Source of the DNA: Acutalibacteraceae bacterium
GTDB lineage: Bacteria; Bacillota; Clostridia; Oscillospirales; Acutalibacteraceae
Direction: 5' to 3'
Assembly (NCBI GenBank): GCA_045601645.1
Contig: JAZSAC010000102.1
Location: 1 to 46,227 of the forward strand
Length of the DNA stretch: 46,227 nt
Below are positions 29,590 through 40,468 of this stretch, in pieces. The translations under genes and the position numbers were made by a program. Position 1 is the stretch's first letter, and each line of letters starts with the position of its first letter. The notes beneath the pieces were generated by a model that saw nothing but the letters and a program-made list of their open reading frames with translations, was not told the DNA's origin and searched no databases.

Positions 29590-30423
29590 TTACTTGTCAT
29601 TACGACGTTTGACAATAAACTTGTCACTCTGTTTATGCTTCTGACGGGTTTTATATCCCAAGGTTGGTTTACCCCAAGGTGTAACCGGACTCGGACGACC
29701 GATAGGTGCTCTACCTTCACCACCACCATGAGGGTGGTCACACGGGTTCATTACAGAACCACGTACGGTAGGACGCCAACCCATATGACGCTTACGACCG
29801 GCTTTGCCGATATTAACGTTTTCATGCTCAGGGTTAGATACACTACCTATTGTTGCCATGCAAGATGCAGGAACATTACGAAGCTCACCTGAAGGAAGTC
29901 TCAAAAGAGCCATTCCGTTTTCCTTAGCCATAAGCTGAGCCATATTACCTGCCGAACGTGCAAGCTGTGCACCTTTACCCGGATAAAGTTCAACATTGTG
30001 AACAACAGTACCAACCGGTATATCACTCAATTTAAGTGCGTTTCCCGGCTTAATATCTGCATCAGGACCGGAAACAATCTTATCTCCAACCTTTAAGTCT
30101 TGGGGAGCAACGATATAACGTTTCTCACCATCCTCGTATTGAACGAGAGCAATAAATGCAGAGCGGTTCGGGTCGTACTCAAGAGTCATAACGGTAGCAG
30201 GAACGCCAACCTTGTCTCTTTTAAAATCTATAATACGGTACTTAACTCTGTTTCCGCCGCCGTGATGACGAACGGTGATGCGTCCGTAACTGTTACGGCC
30301 GGCATTTTTCTTTACAACACCTAACAAACTTTTTTCGGGAGCTACCTTAGAAAGCCCGGAATAATCCATTACGGTCATGCCACGGCGTCCCGGAGTTGTA
30401 GGCTTATAATGTTTAATTGCCAT
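29590..30423 (-). CDS. rplB: 50S ribosomal protein L2
   Basis: [16 protein letters not shown] place the start at ATG 30423. The track's GTG at 30435 overlaps the SD (GGAGAG). Confidence 0.93.
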   Translation of the reverse strand: MAIKHYKPTTPGRRGMTVMDYSGLSKVAPEKSLLGVVKKNAGRNSYGRITVRHHGGGNRVKYRIIDFKRDKVGVPATVMTLEYDPNRSAFIALVQYEDGEKRYIVAPQDLKVGDKIVSGPDADIKPGNALKLSDIPVGTVVHNVELYPGKGAQLARSAGNMAQLMAKENGMALLRLPSGELRNVPASCMATIGSVSNPEHENVNIGKAGRKRHMGWRPTVRGSVMNPCDHPHGGGEGRAPIGRPSPVTPWGKPTLGYKTRQKHKQSDKFIVKRRNDK

Positions 30424-30496
30424 TTTAAGTTTCACTCTCCTGTTTTGGCTTAGCGGAGTTAACCTCCATACATCGCCTTAAATCGTTCTTAACAAA

Positions 30497-30790
30497 TTAC
30501 ATTAAACCATCAAAGAACTCAATGGTCTTAGAATCTGCCTTTAAGGTTACAATTGCCTTCTTCCAAGAAGAAGTCATTCCCTCGTAACGTCCCATACGGC
30601 GCTTATGTCCGCGAACGTTAATTGTATTGACCTTCAGTACCTTAACACCGAACAGCTCTTCACAAGCTCTTGCAATGTCAATCTTGGTTGCATCGCCGGC
30701 AACTTCAAAGGTGTACTTTTTGTCAGCAAATCCGGCCATGCTACGCTCGGTAACAACCGGAGCAATAATAATATCCTGAGCTGCTTTCAT
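30497..30790 (-). CDS. rplW: 50S ribosomal protein L23
   Basis: 97 aa, IIAPVVTERSM...FEV. Confidence 0.93.
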   Translation of the reverse strand: MKAAQDIIIAPVVTERSMAGFADKKYTFEVAGDATKIDIARACEELFGVKVLKVNTINVRGHKRRMGRYEGMTSSWKKAIVTLKADSKTIEFFDGLM

Positions 30791-31413
30791 TATGCGTATA
30801 CCTCCTCAATTTTCTTGGCGGCATCCTTAACGATTACAAGTGTATCGGCGTTTAAGATGTCGTAGGTATTGATGGTGTTAACCTGTGCTGTTTTTACGCC
30901 GGGAATGTTTGCGGCACTTTTTACTGCAAAAGCATCGTTAGATGCAAGAACTAATAATGTTTTCTTTGCAGCGCCGATAGCATTCAAACAATCAACAACT
31001 GTTTTAGTTTTATAACCATCAAGTGTAAGGCTGTCAAGAACGATAAGGGATTCAGTAAGAACCTTATCCGAAAGAGCTGACTTAAGAGCCAACTGTCTTT
31101 CTTTCTTGTTGACTGTGTAATAGTAATCTCTGGGCTTAGGACCTAGAGCAATACCGCCGTGTGTCCACTGCGGTGCACGTGTAGAACCCTGTCTTGCGTG
31201 ACCTGTGCCCTTTTGTCTCCAAGGCTTACGTCCTCCACCGGAAACTTCGGAGCGAGTTAATGTCGACTGTGTACCCTGACGCTGATTGTTCAAGTAGTTA
31301 ACAACAGCCATGTGCATAACAGCTGCGTTGGGTTCAATCCCGAACACTGCATTACTCAATTCGATTTCGCCGACCTTTTTGCCGGCCATATCCTTAACTG
31401 CAACAACTGGCAT
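30790..31413 (-). CDS. rplD: 50S ribosomal protein L4
   Basis: 207 aa, GGGRKPWRQKGTGHARQGSTRAPQW. Confidence 0.95.
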   Translation of the reverse strand: MPVVAVKDMAGKKVGEIELSNAVFGIEPNAAVMHMAVVNYLNNQRQGTQSTLTRSEVSGGGRKPWRQKGTGHARQGSTRAPQWTHGGIALGPKPRDYYYTVNKKERQLALKSALSDKVLTESLIVLDSLTLDGYKTKTVVDCLNAIGAAKKTLLVLASNDAFAVKSAANIPGVKTAQVNTINTYDILNADTLVIVKDAAKKIEEVYA

Positions 31414-31430
31414 TTTACTTCACTCCTTCC

Positions 31431-32063
31431 TTAAGCCTTAACGCTGTCAAAAACAACGACGATAGCACCCTTAGGACCGGGAACGGCGCCTTTGATTGCT
31501 ATAATATTGTTTTCTGCGTCTATCTTAACGATTTCAAGATTTTGAACAGTTACACGCTCGTTACCGAGATGTCCTGCCATCTTCTTGCCCTTCATAACAC
31601 GTGAAGGTGTACTGCTGGCGCCGAGTGAACCACCATGACGGTGAACAGGACCGGTGCCATGTGACTCTTTCAAGCGAGAAAAGTTCCAACGCTTGATTAC
31701 GCCGGCATAGCCTTTACCTTTACTTGTTCCTCTTACGTCAACTTTGTCGCCCTCTGCGAAAACATCAGCCTTAATGATGTCGCCTACATTGTAAGCTGCA
31801 CAATCATCTAAACGAAGTTCGCGAAGGACCTTTTTAGGAGCAACATCGCCTTTTGTGAAATGCCCCTTCATAGGTTTGTTAACCTTACTTGCTTTCAAAT
31901 CGCCGAAGCCAATCTGAATAGCATTGTAACCATCGTTCTCAGCGGTTTTCTTTTGGCTGACGGCACAAGGACCTGCCTCAATAACCGTTACGGGAACTAC
32001 GTTACCGTTTGCGTCAAAAAGCTGTGTCATACCGAGCTTTTTGCCTACGATTCCTTTTTGCAT
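31431..32063 (-). CDS. rplC: 50S ribosomal protein L3
   Basis: 210 aa, [14 protein letters not shown]...[13 protein letters not shown]. Confidence 0.95.
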   Translation of the reverse strand: MQKGIVGKKLGMTQLFDANGNVVPVTVIEAGPCAVSQKKTAENDGYNAIQIGFGDLKASKVNKPMKGHFTKGDVAPKKVLRELRLDDCAAYNVGDIIKADVFAEGDKVDVRGTSKGKGYAGVIKRWNFSRLKESHGTGPVHRHGGSLGASSTPSRVMKGKKMAGHLGNERVTVQNLEIVKIDAENNIIAIKGAVPGPKGAIVVVFDSVKA

Positions 32064-32130
32064 TTTTTATCCTCCTAATTGGTTATTGGTTGACATTTCT
32101 GCCAACATGACCTGCCGAACAAAATCAAGA

Positions 32131-32442
32131 TTAAAGCTTAATCTCAATCTCTACGCCGGCGGGGAGCTCCAGACCCATCAGAGCTTCAACTGTTTTGTTG
32201 GAAGGTCTGATAACGTCGATAAGCCTTTTGTGAGTTCTGCTTTCAAACTGCTCTCTACTGTCTTTGTACTTGTGTACAGCACGTAGAATTGTTACAACCT
32301 CTTTTTCGGTCGGTAGCGGAACAGGACCTGAAACACGAGCGCCGGTGCGCTTTGCAGTTTCAATAATCTTTTCAGATGCCTGGTCGATAAGAGCATGGTC
32401 GTAACTCTTGAGTCTGATTCTGATTTTTTCCTTGACTGCCAT
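32131..32442 (-). CDS. rpsJ: 30S ribosomal protein S10
   Basis: 103 aa from ATG 32442 (AAGGAGG SD), [21 protein letters not shown]. The track's 171-aa ORF is an in-frame over-extension into the leader. Confidence 0.93.
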   Translation of the reverse strand: MAVKEKIRIRLKSYDHALIDQASEKIIETAKRTGARVSGPVPLPTEKEVVTILRAVHKYKDSREQFESRTHKRLIDVIRPSNKTVEALMGLELPAGVEIEIKL

Positions 32443-32716
32443 TGTGACTTTCGCCTCCTTATAAAATTTGGCGGGCAACGCCGTTTTGCTTGCGATATTT
32501 ACATTGTGCCGGGTGTTTCTTTCTGTCCCAATATAAATTCCGGATTGCCGTATAAAACTCACAGTCAATCCGGGGCAAACAATGGCGTTCTGTTTCATTA
32601 TAAGAAACAGCGCAAGATTCTTGTCGCCCGGTTTAAAATCGGACATACTCCGCGGAAATTTCCCGACTCAAAGGTCGGCCACCTCCCGCATCAACGCATA
32701 TCTGCACATCACATGC
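32443..32716 (-). promoter_or_regulatory. about 274-nt structured 5' leader of the S10 operon (candidate autoregulatory RNA, unclassified)
   Basis: The region between the predicted promoter and rpsJ is noticeably more GC-rich than neighbouring spacers. It contains several stable helices (32652-32689, 32585-32613, 32540-32573 and 32470-32482). Confidence 0.4.
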
Positions 32717-32722
32717 CTAAAG

Positions 32723-32751
32723 ATTTTAACACATAATGTTCAAATAATCAA
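32723..32751 (-). promoter_or_regulatory. sigmaA-type promoter of the S10-spc-alpha cluster
   Basis: Minus strand reads TTGATT, 17 nt, TAAAAT with an extended -10 TG. Confidence 0.5.
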
Positions 32752-32790
32752 GTGTTTTTTTACAATTTTTTAATTTTTTTTATTTTCTAC

Positions 32791-32829
32791 AAAACGCAGC
32801 ATCATCTTTGCACGATAATGCTGCGTTTT
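32791..32829. terminator. terminator hairpin after pyrI (end of the pyr operon)
   Basis: AAAACGCAGCAU, a 15-nt loop, then AUGCUGCGUUUU followed by GU. The element is symmetric. Confidence 0.6.
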
Positions 32830-32885
32830 GTATATTATAACCAAATGTTTTAATTAATTACCTTTTATTGTAAAATCGACTGACC

Positions 32886-33305
32886 TTACTTTCCGGCTTT
32901 AGTCTCACAATAAATGCAACGATATATCCTATTTGACTCTTCGGTCAATTTAAAGACATGAGGTAATTCCTGCTCTGTACTGGTTATGCAACGAGGATTT
33001 TTACAAAGTATAACATTAGTCAATCTTTCGGGCAACGAAATCCTCTTCTTCTCTACTATTTCACCATCTTTAATTACATTGACAGTAATATCGGGGTCAA
33101 CATAGCCTAAAACATCTGTATCTATCTCATATTCACAATCAATCTTTATTATGTCCTTCTTACCGCTTTTTTGACTGTATACATTCTTAATAAGTGCAAC
33201 TGAACATTCTAACTCATCAAGCTTTAAAAATTCATAAATTCGCATGCCATTACCTGCAGTAATATGGTCAATAACTATACCGTTTTTTATCGAGTCGATA
33301 TTCAT
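32886..33305 (-). CDS. pyrI: aspartate carbamoyltransferase regulatory subunit
   Basis: 139 aa. The C-terminal zinc domain is CKNPRCIT...YRCIYC. It has an ATGA overlap with pyrB. Confidence 0.9.
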   Translation of the reverse strand: MNIDSIKNGIVIDHITAGNGMRIYEFLKLDELECSVALIKNVYSQKSGKKDIIKIDCEYEIDTDVLGYVDPDITVNVIKDGEIVEKKRISLPERLTNVILCKNPRCITSTEQELPHVFKLTEESNRIYRCIYCETKAGK

Positions 33306-34219
33306 GGCTTTACCCCCAATAATTTCATTATAAGAGCCATTCTCATATACTTTCCGTTAAGCACCTGTTTAAAATAGCATGCTCGACTGTCATTATCAAT
33401 TTCAACACTTATTTCATTAACTCTCGGCAGTGGATGCATTATACATAAATCAGATTTGGCATTTTTTAATTTTTCAGGAGACAAAATATAACTATCCTTC
33501 AGCCTTAAATAATCCTCTTCATTAAAGAATCGTTCACGTTGAACACGAGTCATATATAAAATATCAAGCTCAGGCATAACAGTTCCTAGGTCACTTCCCT
33601 GAAAATACTCAATCCCCTGTTTTGCAAGAACATCCTTTTTAATATAACTGGGCAATTTCAACTCATCGGGTGAAATCAGCACAAACTTAACATTATTATA
33701 CCTTGCCATAGCTTCTATTAATGAGTGCACGGTACGGCCAAATTTTAAATCACCGCAAAGACCTATCGTTAAATTTTCCAACCTGCCCTTTTCTCTCTTA
33801 ATAGTAAAAATGTCGGCTAATGTTTGTGTAGGATGGTTATGTCCTCCGTCACCCGCATTTATAATAGGTATGCTAGCATTCATTGCAGCAACCAGCGGTG
33901 CACCTTCTTTTGGGTGCCGCATAGCTATTATATCAGCATAGCATGAAATGGTTTTTGCTGTATCGGCAACACTTTCTCCCTTTGCTGCTGACGAATTGTT
34001 TGCCGATGAAAAACCTATTACATTTCCACCAAGCTCATACATCGCGGCTTCAAAGCTGAGTCTTGTACGAGTTGATGGTTCAAAAAACAGCGTTGCAAGC
34101 TTTTTGCCCTTGCAAACCTCACTGAATTTTTGAGGATTATCAATAATATCCTCGGCGGTATCCATAAGCTCGGCTAATTCTTCAACACTTAGGTCAAGTA
34201 TGTTAATAAGACTTCTCAT
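33302..34219 (-). CDS. pyrB: aspartate carbamoyltransferase catalytic subunit
   Basis: 305 aa with STRTR, HPTQ and HPLPR motifs. Confidence 0.93.
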   Translation of the reverse strand: MRSLINILDLSVEELAELMDTAEDIIDNPQKFSEVCKGKKLATLFFEPSTRTRLSFEAAMYELGGNVIGFSSANNSSAAKGESVADTAKTISCYADIIAMRHPKEGAPLVAAMNASIPIINAGDGGHNHPTQTLADIFTIKREKGRLENLTIGLCGDLKFGRTVHSLIEAMARYNNVKFVLISPDELKLPSYIKKDVLAKQGIEYFQGSDLGTVMPELDILYMTRVQRERFFNEEDYLRLKDSYILSPEKLKNAKSDLCIMHPLPRVNEISVEIDNDSRACYFKQVLNGKYMRMALIMKLLGVKP

Positions 34220-34247
34220 ATTTTAAGGGTCCTTTCACAATCTAAAA

Positions 34248-34904
34248 TTACTCTTTAGCACCGTTAACTTCAAGGTATTTTTTTATGCGGCCAACATTCT
34301 CTTTGTTTTTATCATCTTCCTCTAAATATTCAATAATATCATATACATCAACTACCGAATATACAGGAAATCCAAATTCCTCGCCCACCTCAGCCATGGC
34401 AGATTTATCTGTTTTACCTTTTTCCTTGCGGTCAACCATAACAAATACCGCTATAACCTTAGCACCATCCAAGCCGGATAAAACCGACATGCTCTCTCTT
34501 ATAGCAGTTCCGGCAGTAATAACATCCTCAACAATAACAATCTCTTCGTCTGATTTTGGCTTATATCCTACAAAAACACCGCCTTCTCCATGGTCCTTTT
34601 CTTCCTTTCTGTTAAAAAAGAAAGGAACATCAATACCTTGTTTTGAAAGCGCACAGGCAACTGAAACAGCAATAGGAATACCTTTATATGCCGGACCATA
34701 CAAAACTGTTGCCTTTTTGCCGACCTTTTCAAAGTAAGCTTTTGCATAAAATTCACCGAGCTTTGAAATTTGGTCACCTGTTTTAATATCTCCTGCATTT
34801 ATAAAGTAAGGAATTTTTCGTCCGGACTTTGCTGTAAAATCACCAAACTTTAATACGCCTGCACCCTCTAAAAATTGAATAAATTCTCTCTTGTAGCTTT
34901 CCAT
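34248..34904 (-). CDS. pyrE: orotate phosphoribosyltransferase
   Basis: 218 aa with the PRPP-binding loop VIVEDVITAGTA. Confidence 0.9.
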   Translation of the reverse strand: MESYKREFIQFLEGAGVLKFGDFTAKSGRKIPYFINAGDIKTGDQISKLGEFYAKAYFEKVGKKATVLYGPAYKGIPIAVSVACALSKQGIDVPFFFNRKEEKDHGEGGVFVGYKPKSDEEIVIVEDVITAGTAIRESMSVLSGLDGAKVIAVFVMVDRKEKGKTDKSAMAEVGEEFGFPVYSVVDVYDIIEYLEEDDKNKENVGRIKKYLEVNGAKE

Positions 34905-34922
34905 ATCTATACCCCTTATATT

Positions 34923-35621
34923 TTAGTCACAAAATTCTGCAACACAGCGTTCATAAGCTGCTACCGGGTCGGCCGCTGCTGTTATGGGTCTGCCGACAAC
35001 AATATAATCCGAGCCTATTTTTTTAGCCTCAGCAGGAGTCATTACTCTCTTTTGGTCACCCACATCACCATCAGCAAAACGCACCCCTGGTGTTACGGTT
35101 AAAAAACCTTCTCCGCAAACAGAATGAACCTTTCCCGCCTCAAGAGGTGAGCAAACCACGCCATCAAGACCTGCTTTTGCAGTATTAGAAGCATAGTGCA
35201 TTACAACTTCATCTATTGGATTTTTTATCAAAAGGTCATTTTCCATGCTTTCTTGGTCGGTTGATGTTAATTGCGTAACAGCAATCAACAACGGTCTTGT
35301 TCCGTCAGCACGAGTAAGCCCCTCTAGTCCTGCTTTCATCATAGCAATCGTGCCGCCAGCGTGCAGGTTGGTCATATCAACATCAAGACCGGATAAAACC
35401 GCCATAGCTTTCTTTACAGTATTAGGAATATCATGTAGCTTTAAATCAAGAAAAATCTTATGTCCCCTTTTCTTGATTTCCCTCACAATTTCAGGACCCT
35501 CGGCATAAAACAATTCCATGCCTATTTTAACAAACGGTTTTCTTCCGGTAAATTTATCTAAAAACTCAAGACACGCCTCTTTACTTGCAAAATCGCATGC
35601 AATAATAACATCCTTACCCAT
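34923..35621 (-). CDS. pyrF: orotidine 5'-phosphate decarboxylase
   Basis: 232 aa with IIACDF..., [13 protein letters not shown] and VVGRPI. Confidence 0.92.
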   Translation of the reverse strand: MGKDVIIACDFASKEACLEFLDKFTGRKPFVKIGMELFYAEGPEIVREIKKRGHKIFLDLKLHDIPNTVKKAMAVLSGLDVDMTNLHAGGTIAMMKAGLEGLTRADGTRPLLIAVTQLTSTDQESMENDLLIKNPIDEVVMHYASNTAKAGLDGVVCSPLEAGKVHSVCGEGFLTVTPGVRFADGDVGDQKRVMTPAEAKKIGSDYIVVGRPITAAADPVAAYERCVAEFCD

Positions 35622-36532
35622 TAGTGAGCTCCTCCTATAATTGATTTTAAATCAGTAATACCATATTTTTTCATCACCTGTGGCAGTTTATCAATAATGT
35701 CCCTACAGCAATAAGGGTCAATTAAATTAGCCGCACCAACCTGAACCGCAGTAGCCCCTGCAAGCATCATTTCTATAACATCTTCAGCCGTCATAATACC
35801 ACCCATACCGATTATTGGAATTTTAACACCTTCATAAACCTGATAAACCATTCTTAAAGCAACAGGTTTAATTGCAGGTCCTGAAAAGCCTCCCATTTTA
35901 TTAGCAATGACCGGTTTCTTTGTTTTAAGGTCAATTCTCATTCCAAGCAAGGTGTTTATCATACTTATACCATCTGCTCCGGCTGCTTCACACGCCTTGG
36001 CAATCGAAACAATATCGGTAACATTTGGTGATAACTTTATAAACAACGGCTTTTTTGTAGCCTTACGGCAAGCCTTAGTAACCTCTGCAGCTGCGGTTGG
36101 ATTTGTGCCGAAGCTCATACCTCCGCCGTGAACATTCGGACATGATATGTTAACCTCAAACCAACCTATTGACTTCTCAGCATCAAGTCTTTCAACAGTA
36201 TATGCATAATCCTCAACCGAAAAGCCACTGACATTTGCCATTACCGGTTTATTAAATACTTTTTTTAATTTTGGCAATTCCTCAGATAATACCTTGTCTA
36301 CACCCGGATTTTGAAGTCCTACTGCATTTATCATACCTGCATTGCACTCGGCAATTCTCGGTGTAGGATTACCAAAACGGGCATCCTTTGTAGTACCTTT
36401 AAAAGAAAAGGTTCCCAAACAATTGATATCGTAAATTTCTGCAAATTCATACCCAAAACCAAAAGTTCCGCTAGCGGGAATTACCGGATTATCGATGGTA
36501 ATACCGCAAAGGTCAACCTTTAAGTTTACCAT
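35621..36532 (-). CDS. pyrD: dihydroorotate dehydrogenase catalytic subunit (class 1B)
   Basis: [28 protein letters not shown] place the start at ATG 36532 (GGAGG SD), overlapping the pyrK stop. The track start at 36571 is an over-extension. Confidence 0.92.
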   Translation of the reverse strand: MVNLKVDLCGITIDNPVIPASGTFGFGYEFAEIYDINCLGTFSFKGTTKDARFGNPTPRIAECNAGMINAVGLQNPGVDKVLSEELPKLKKVFNKPVMANVSGFSVEDYAYTVERLDAEKSIGWFEVNISCPNVHGGGMSFGTNPTAAAEVTKACRKATKKPLFIKLSPNVTDIVSIAKACEAAGADGISMINTLLGMRIDLKTKKPVIANKMGGFSGPAIKPVALRMVYQVYEGVKIPIIGMGGIMTAEDVIEMMLAGATAVQVGAANLIDPYCCRDIIDKLPQVMKKYGITDLKSIIGGAH

Positions 36533-37257
36533 ATAATCTCCTCCCTTGTTAAAACCGGACCGTCCTTGCAAATACGTTTGTTACCGTATTTGGTTTTGCA
36601 TGAACAACCCATACAAGCACCGAAACCACAACCCATTCTTTCCTCAAAGCTAAACTGACCTGAGGTTTTAGCCTTACTGTCAATTGCCTTAAGCATCGGT
36701 TCAGGACCGCATGTATAAAAATATGTATAATCAATTTCATCCATAGCATCGTTAACATAACCCTTTTTACCATAGCTACCATCAGCTGTTGTAACCAAAA
36801 CCTCGGCTCCTAAATTTAAAAATTCTCTTTCAAAGAAAACCTCGTCTTTAGTATTAAATCCTAAAATCACCGAAACCTTTTTACCAGCCTTTATAAGCCG
36901 TTTACATAGCATATACATTGGCGGTATACCAGCTCCTCCGCCAATGAGTAACGGATGGTTGCCAGATACTGTAAGGTCATAGCCGTTACCGAGTCCTGTC
37001 AAAACATCAAGCTGCGCACCACTTAATAAGTTACTCATAGTCTCGGTACCCTCTCCGACAACCTTATATATAATTGTTACATCATTGTTGTCACAATCAC
37101 AAATCGAAATCGGTCTGCGCAAAAAATATCCGTTAAGCTTTATATTTATAAACTGACCCGATGCGGTAATACCAGATGTATCCCCTTTAAGCACCATCAA
37201 ATATGTGTTTTTAGCAATTTTGCGGTTTTCTGTAATAGTGAAAATAACTTGTTTCAT
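36526..37257 (-). CDS. pyrK: dihydroorotate dehydrogenase electron-transfer subunit (FAD/2Fe-2S)
   Basis: 243 aa with RRPISI and the C-terminal cluster CGFGACMGCSC. Confidence 0.9.
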   Translation of the reverse strand: MKQVIFTITENRKIAKNTYLMVLKGDTSGITASGQFINIKLNGYFLRRPISICDCDNNDVTIIYKVVGEGTETMSNLLSGAQLDVLTGLGNGYDLTVSGNHPLLIGGGAGIPPMYMLCKRLIKAGKKVSVILGFNTKDEVFFEREFLNLGAEVLVTTADGSYGKKGYVNDAMDEIDYTYFYTCGPEPMLKAIDSKAKTSGQFSFEERMGCGFGACMGCSCKTKYGNKRICKDGPVLTREEIIW

Positions 37258-37265
37258 TTATAACC

Positions 37266-40200
37266 TCAAGCATCAATAGTAGATATACAAAGTGTTGTTT
37301 CCTCAAGAACATCGAGCAAAACCTTAACAGTATCCAAAGCCGTGAAAATAGTAACGTTATTTTCGGTAGCAATTTGACGTATTTCAAGGCCGTCATTCCC
37401 CGAGTCGGAATTGTTTACATCTTTTGTGTTAATTACATACGCAATATGTCCCTGACGAAGTGCATCTGGAATTTCATCACTACCGGCACTGATTTTAGCA
37501 AGAATATGTGTGCGAATGCCATTTTCTTTTAAAAACTTTGCTGTTCCTTCGGTTGCTTCAATATTAAATCCTAAATTATAAAACCTTTTAACTAATGGCA
37601 GTGCCTCTTCTTTATCACTATCGGCAATGGTTACAAACACTGTGCCATAGTTTTGTAAATGCATTCCTGATGCCTGTAAAGCTTTATATAAAGCACGATT
37701 AAGCTTATCATCATAACCTATCGCCTCACCGGTTGATTTCATCTCAGGAGAAAGATAAGCGTCAAGACCTCTGATTTTATTAAACGAGAATACCGGCACC
37801 TTAACATACCAACGGTTCTTCTCCTCGGGATAAATATCAAATATACCTTGTTCTTTAAGTGATTTACCTAAAATAACTTCGGTAGCAATATCTGCAAGAC
37901 TGTATCCCGTAGCTTTTGAAAGGAAAGGCACAGTACGAGACGAGCGAGGATTTACCTCAATAATAAATACATTATCATTTTTATCTACGATAAACTGAAT
38001 ATTATAGAGTCCGATAATTCCGATACCTAACCCCAGCTTTTTAGCATATTGCAAAATTGTGCCCTTTACTTTATTAGAAATACTAAATGACGGATATACG
38101 CTAATAGAGTCACCCGAATGTATACCGGTACGTTCAACTAATTCCATAATTCCCGGTACAAAAACATTTCTACCGTCACATATAGCATCTATTTCGACCT
38201 CACGGCCCTCAATATATTTATCAACCAGAACCGGCTTATCTTCATCAATCTCAACAGCAGTTTTCAAATAAAGCCGTAATTGTTCCTCATTGGCTACTAT
38301 TTGCATAGCTCTTCCACCCAAAACAAAGCTAGGTCTTACTAAAACAGGATATCCTATCTCTGCTGCCGCACTAACTCCGTCTTCAATTTTAGTAACCGCC
38401 CTGCCCTGAGGCTGAGGAATGTTAAGCTCCGAAAGTAACTTTTCAAAAGAATCACGATTTTCGGCCTTATCAATAGCTGCACAATCGGTTCCAATGATTT
38501 TCACTCCTCTATCCATAAGAGGCTTTGCTAAGTTTATAGCAGTTTGACCACCTAAAGAAGCAATAACACCTTCGGGCTTTTCAATTTCAATTATATTCAT
38601 AACATCTTCCGGAGTAAGCGGTTCAAAATACAGCTTATCCGCAGTTGTATAGTCGGTAGACACAGTTTCAGGGTTGTTGTTTATTATTATAGCCTCGTAA
38701 CCCGACTTTTTAATGGTAGTAACAGCATGAACCGTCGAATAGTCAAATTCAACACCCTGACCGATTCTAATGGGACCTGCGCCAAGAACAATAATCTTTT
38801 TCTTATTAGAAACATGACTGTCGTTTTTTCCTGTATAGGTCGAGTAAAAATAAGGAATGTAAGCACCTGTATGGCAAGTATCAACCATTTTGTATACCGG
38901 CATAATTCCGTTTTCTTTTCTCATGTTAAATACAGACAGCTCATCGGTACCCCATAGCTTTGCAATATACTTGTCGCTAAAGCCCATCTCTTTAGCCTTG
39001 CGCAAAGTACCTAAATCTTTATTTCCCTTTACAACCGTCTCAAAATCAACAATTTTCTTTATAGATTCAAGGAAAAAAGGAGTGATTTTCGTAATTTCAT
39101 GAATTTGTTGAACCGACACACCTCGGCTAAACAACTCAGCAATTGCATAAATATTATCATCCTTAAATTCCTTTATATAATCAAGCATTTCTTCAACTGT
39201 CATATTATCGAACTTTGAAACCCAAAGATGAAATACACTGATTTCTAATGAACGTATGGATTTTAAAATACATTCCTCTAAATTAGAGCCTATTCCCATA
39301 ACCTCGCCCGTTGCCTTCATTTGTGTGCCGAGCTTATTGACAGCAGATGAAAACTTATCAAATGGAAAACGTGGGAATTTTGCAATTACATAATCAAGCG
39401 ACGGCTCGAATGCCGCAGTGGTGTTTGCGATTGCAATATCCTCTAAAGCCATGCCGACAGCAATTTTTGCAGTAACACGTGCTATAGGATATCCACTTGC
39501 TTTAGATGCTAATGCTGAAGAACGTGATACTCGCGGATTTACCTCAATTAAAAAATATTCACTCGTATTAGGATTCAGAGCGAACTGTACATTACAGCCG
39601 CCCTCAATTTTCAGTTCTTTAATTAGTTTAATGGCACTGTCATTTAACATTTTAAGGTCATGAGCATTTAACGTCATAATCGGTGCCACAACCAATGAAT
39701 CTCCCGTATGAACACCAACAGGGTCGATATTTTCCATGCCGCAAATGGTAATAGCATGGTCTTTTGAGTCACGCATAACCTCAAACTCAATTTCTTTATA
39801 GCCCTTAACACTTTTTTCAATCAGCACCTGATGAACCGGTGAAAGCTTAAACGCGTTGTTTCCAACCTCAATAAGTTCTTCCTCGTTATAAGCAAAACCT
39901 CCGCCGGTGCCACCCAAAGTAAATGCAGGACGCAATACAACCGGATAACCTATATTTTTTGCAGCTTCCTTAGCTTCTTCTAAGGAATATGTAATCTGCG
40001 AGGGAATTGTGGGCTCACCTATAGATTGGCAAAGCTCTTTAAAAAGCTCTCTATCCTCAGCGCGCTCAATACTTTCGCTGCTGGTACCCAATAATTCGAC
40101 ATTGCATTCCTTTAAAACGCCTTTTTTCTCTAACTGCATCGCAAGGTTTAAGCCTGTCTGTCCTCCAATACCCGGAAGAATAGCATCGGGGCGTTCGTAA

Positions 40201-40436
40201 CGCAAAATTTTAGCAATGTATTCTAATGTCAAAGGCTCCATATAAACCTTATCTGCAATTGAAGTGTCGGTCATTATGGTTGCAGGATTTGAGTTGCAAA
40301 GAATAACCTCATAGCCTTCTTCCTTCAAGGCAAGACATGCCTGAGTACCTGCATAATCAAACTCCGCTGCCTGACCGATAACAATCGGTCCCGAACCGAT
40401 AATTAAGATTTTTTTAATGTCTGTCCTCTTTGCCAT
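37266..40436 (-). CDS. carB: carbamoyl-phosphate synthase large subunit
   Basis: 1056 aa from ATG 40436 (GGAGG, 7 nt spacing), with duplicated ATP-grasp halves and an MGS-like C-terminal domain. The track start at 40457 is an over-extension. Confidence 0.95.
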   Translation of the reverse strand: MAKRTDIKKILIIGSGPIVIGQAAEFDYAGTQACLALKEEGYEVILCNSNPATIMTDTSIADKVYMEPLTLEYIAKILRYERPDAILPGIGGQTGLNLAMQLEKKGVLKECNVELLGTSSESIERAEDRELFKELCQSIGEPTIPSQITYSLEEAKEAAKNIGYPVVLRPAFTLGGTGGGFAYNEEELIEVGNNAFKLSPVHQVLIEKSVKGYKEIEFEVMRDSKDHAITICGMENIDPVGVHTGDSLVVAPIMTLNAHDLKMLNDSAIKLIKELKIEGGCNVQFALNPNTSEYFLIEVNPRVSRSSALASKASGYPIARVTAKIAVGMALEDIAIANTTAAFEPSLDYVIAKFPRFPFDKFSSAVNKLGTQMKATGEVMGIGSNLEECILKSIRSLEISVFHLWVSKFDNMTVEEMLDYIKEFKDDNIYAIAELFSRGVSVQQIHEITKITPFFLESIKKIVDFETVVKGNKDLGTLRKAKEMGFSDKYIAKLWGTDELSVFNMRKENGIMPVYKMVDTCHTGAYIPYFYSTYTGKNDSHVSNKKKIIVLGAGPIRIGQGVEFDYSTVHAVTTIKKSGYEAIIINNNPETVSTDYTTADKLYFEPLTPEDVMNIIEIEKPEGVIASLGGQTAINLAKPLMDRGVKIIGTDCAAIDKAENRDSFEKLLSELNIPQPQGRAVTKIEDGVSAAAEIGYPVLVRPSFVLGGRAMQIVANEEQLRLYLKTAVEIDEDKPVLVDKYIEGREVEIDAICDGRNVFVPGIMELVERTGIHSGDSISVYPSFSISNKVKGTILQYAKKLGLGIGIIGLYNIQFIVDKNDNVFIIEVNPRSSRTVPFLSKATGYSLADIATEVILGKSLKEQGIFDIYPEEKNRWYVKVPVFSFNKIRGLDAYLSPEMKSTGEAIGYDDKLNRALYKALQASGMHLQNYGTVFVTIADSDKEEALPLVKRFYNLGFNIEATEGTAKFLKENGIRTHILAKISAGSDEIPDALRQGHIAYVINTKDVNNSDSGNDGLEIRQIATENNVTIFTALDTVKVLLDVLEETTLCISTIDA

Positions 40437-40468
40437 TTTTATTCCTCCGTATATCAAACATTTTTTAC

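Noticed and set aside
32443-32646. 68-codon N-terminal extension of rpsJ in the ORF track (171-aa ORF)
   Set aside because: S10 is about 103 aa. ATG 32442 has a perfect AAGGAGG SD, and the extension has no SD and lies in the structured leader. It is an open-frame artefact.
32443-32716. S10 leader region as a stand-alone small RNA (SRP RNA, 6S RNA, tmRNA)
   Set aside because: It has no SRP domain-IV motif (GGAA tetraloop with an AGCA/GGA symmetric loop) and no tRNA-like end or tag ORF. It has no terminator separating it from rpsJ, so a cis-acting leader is the simpler reading.
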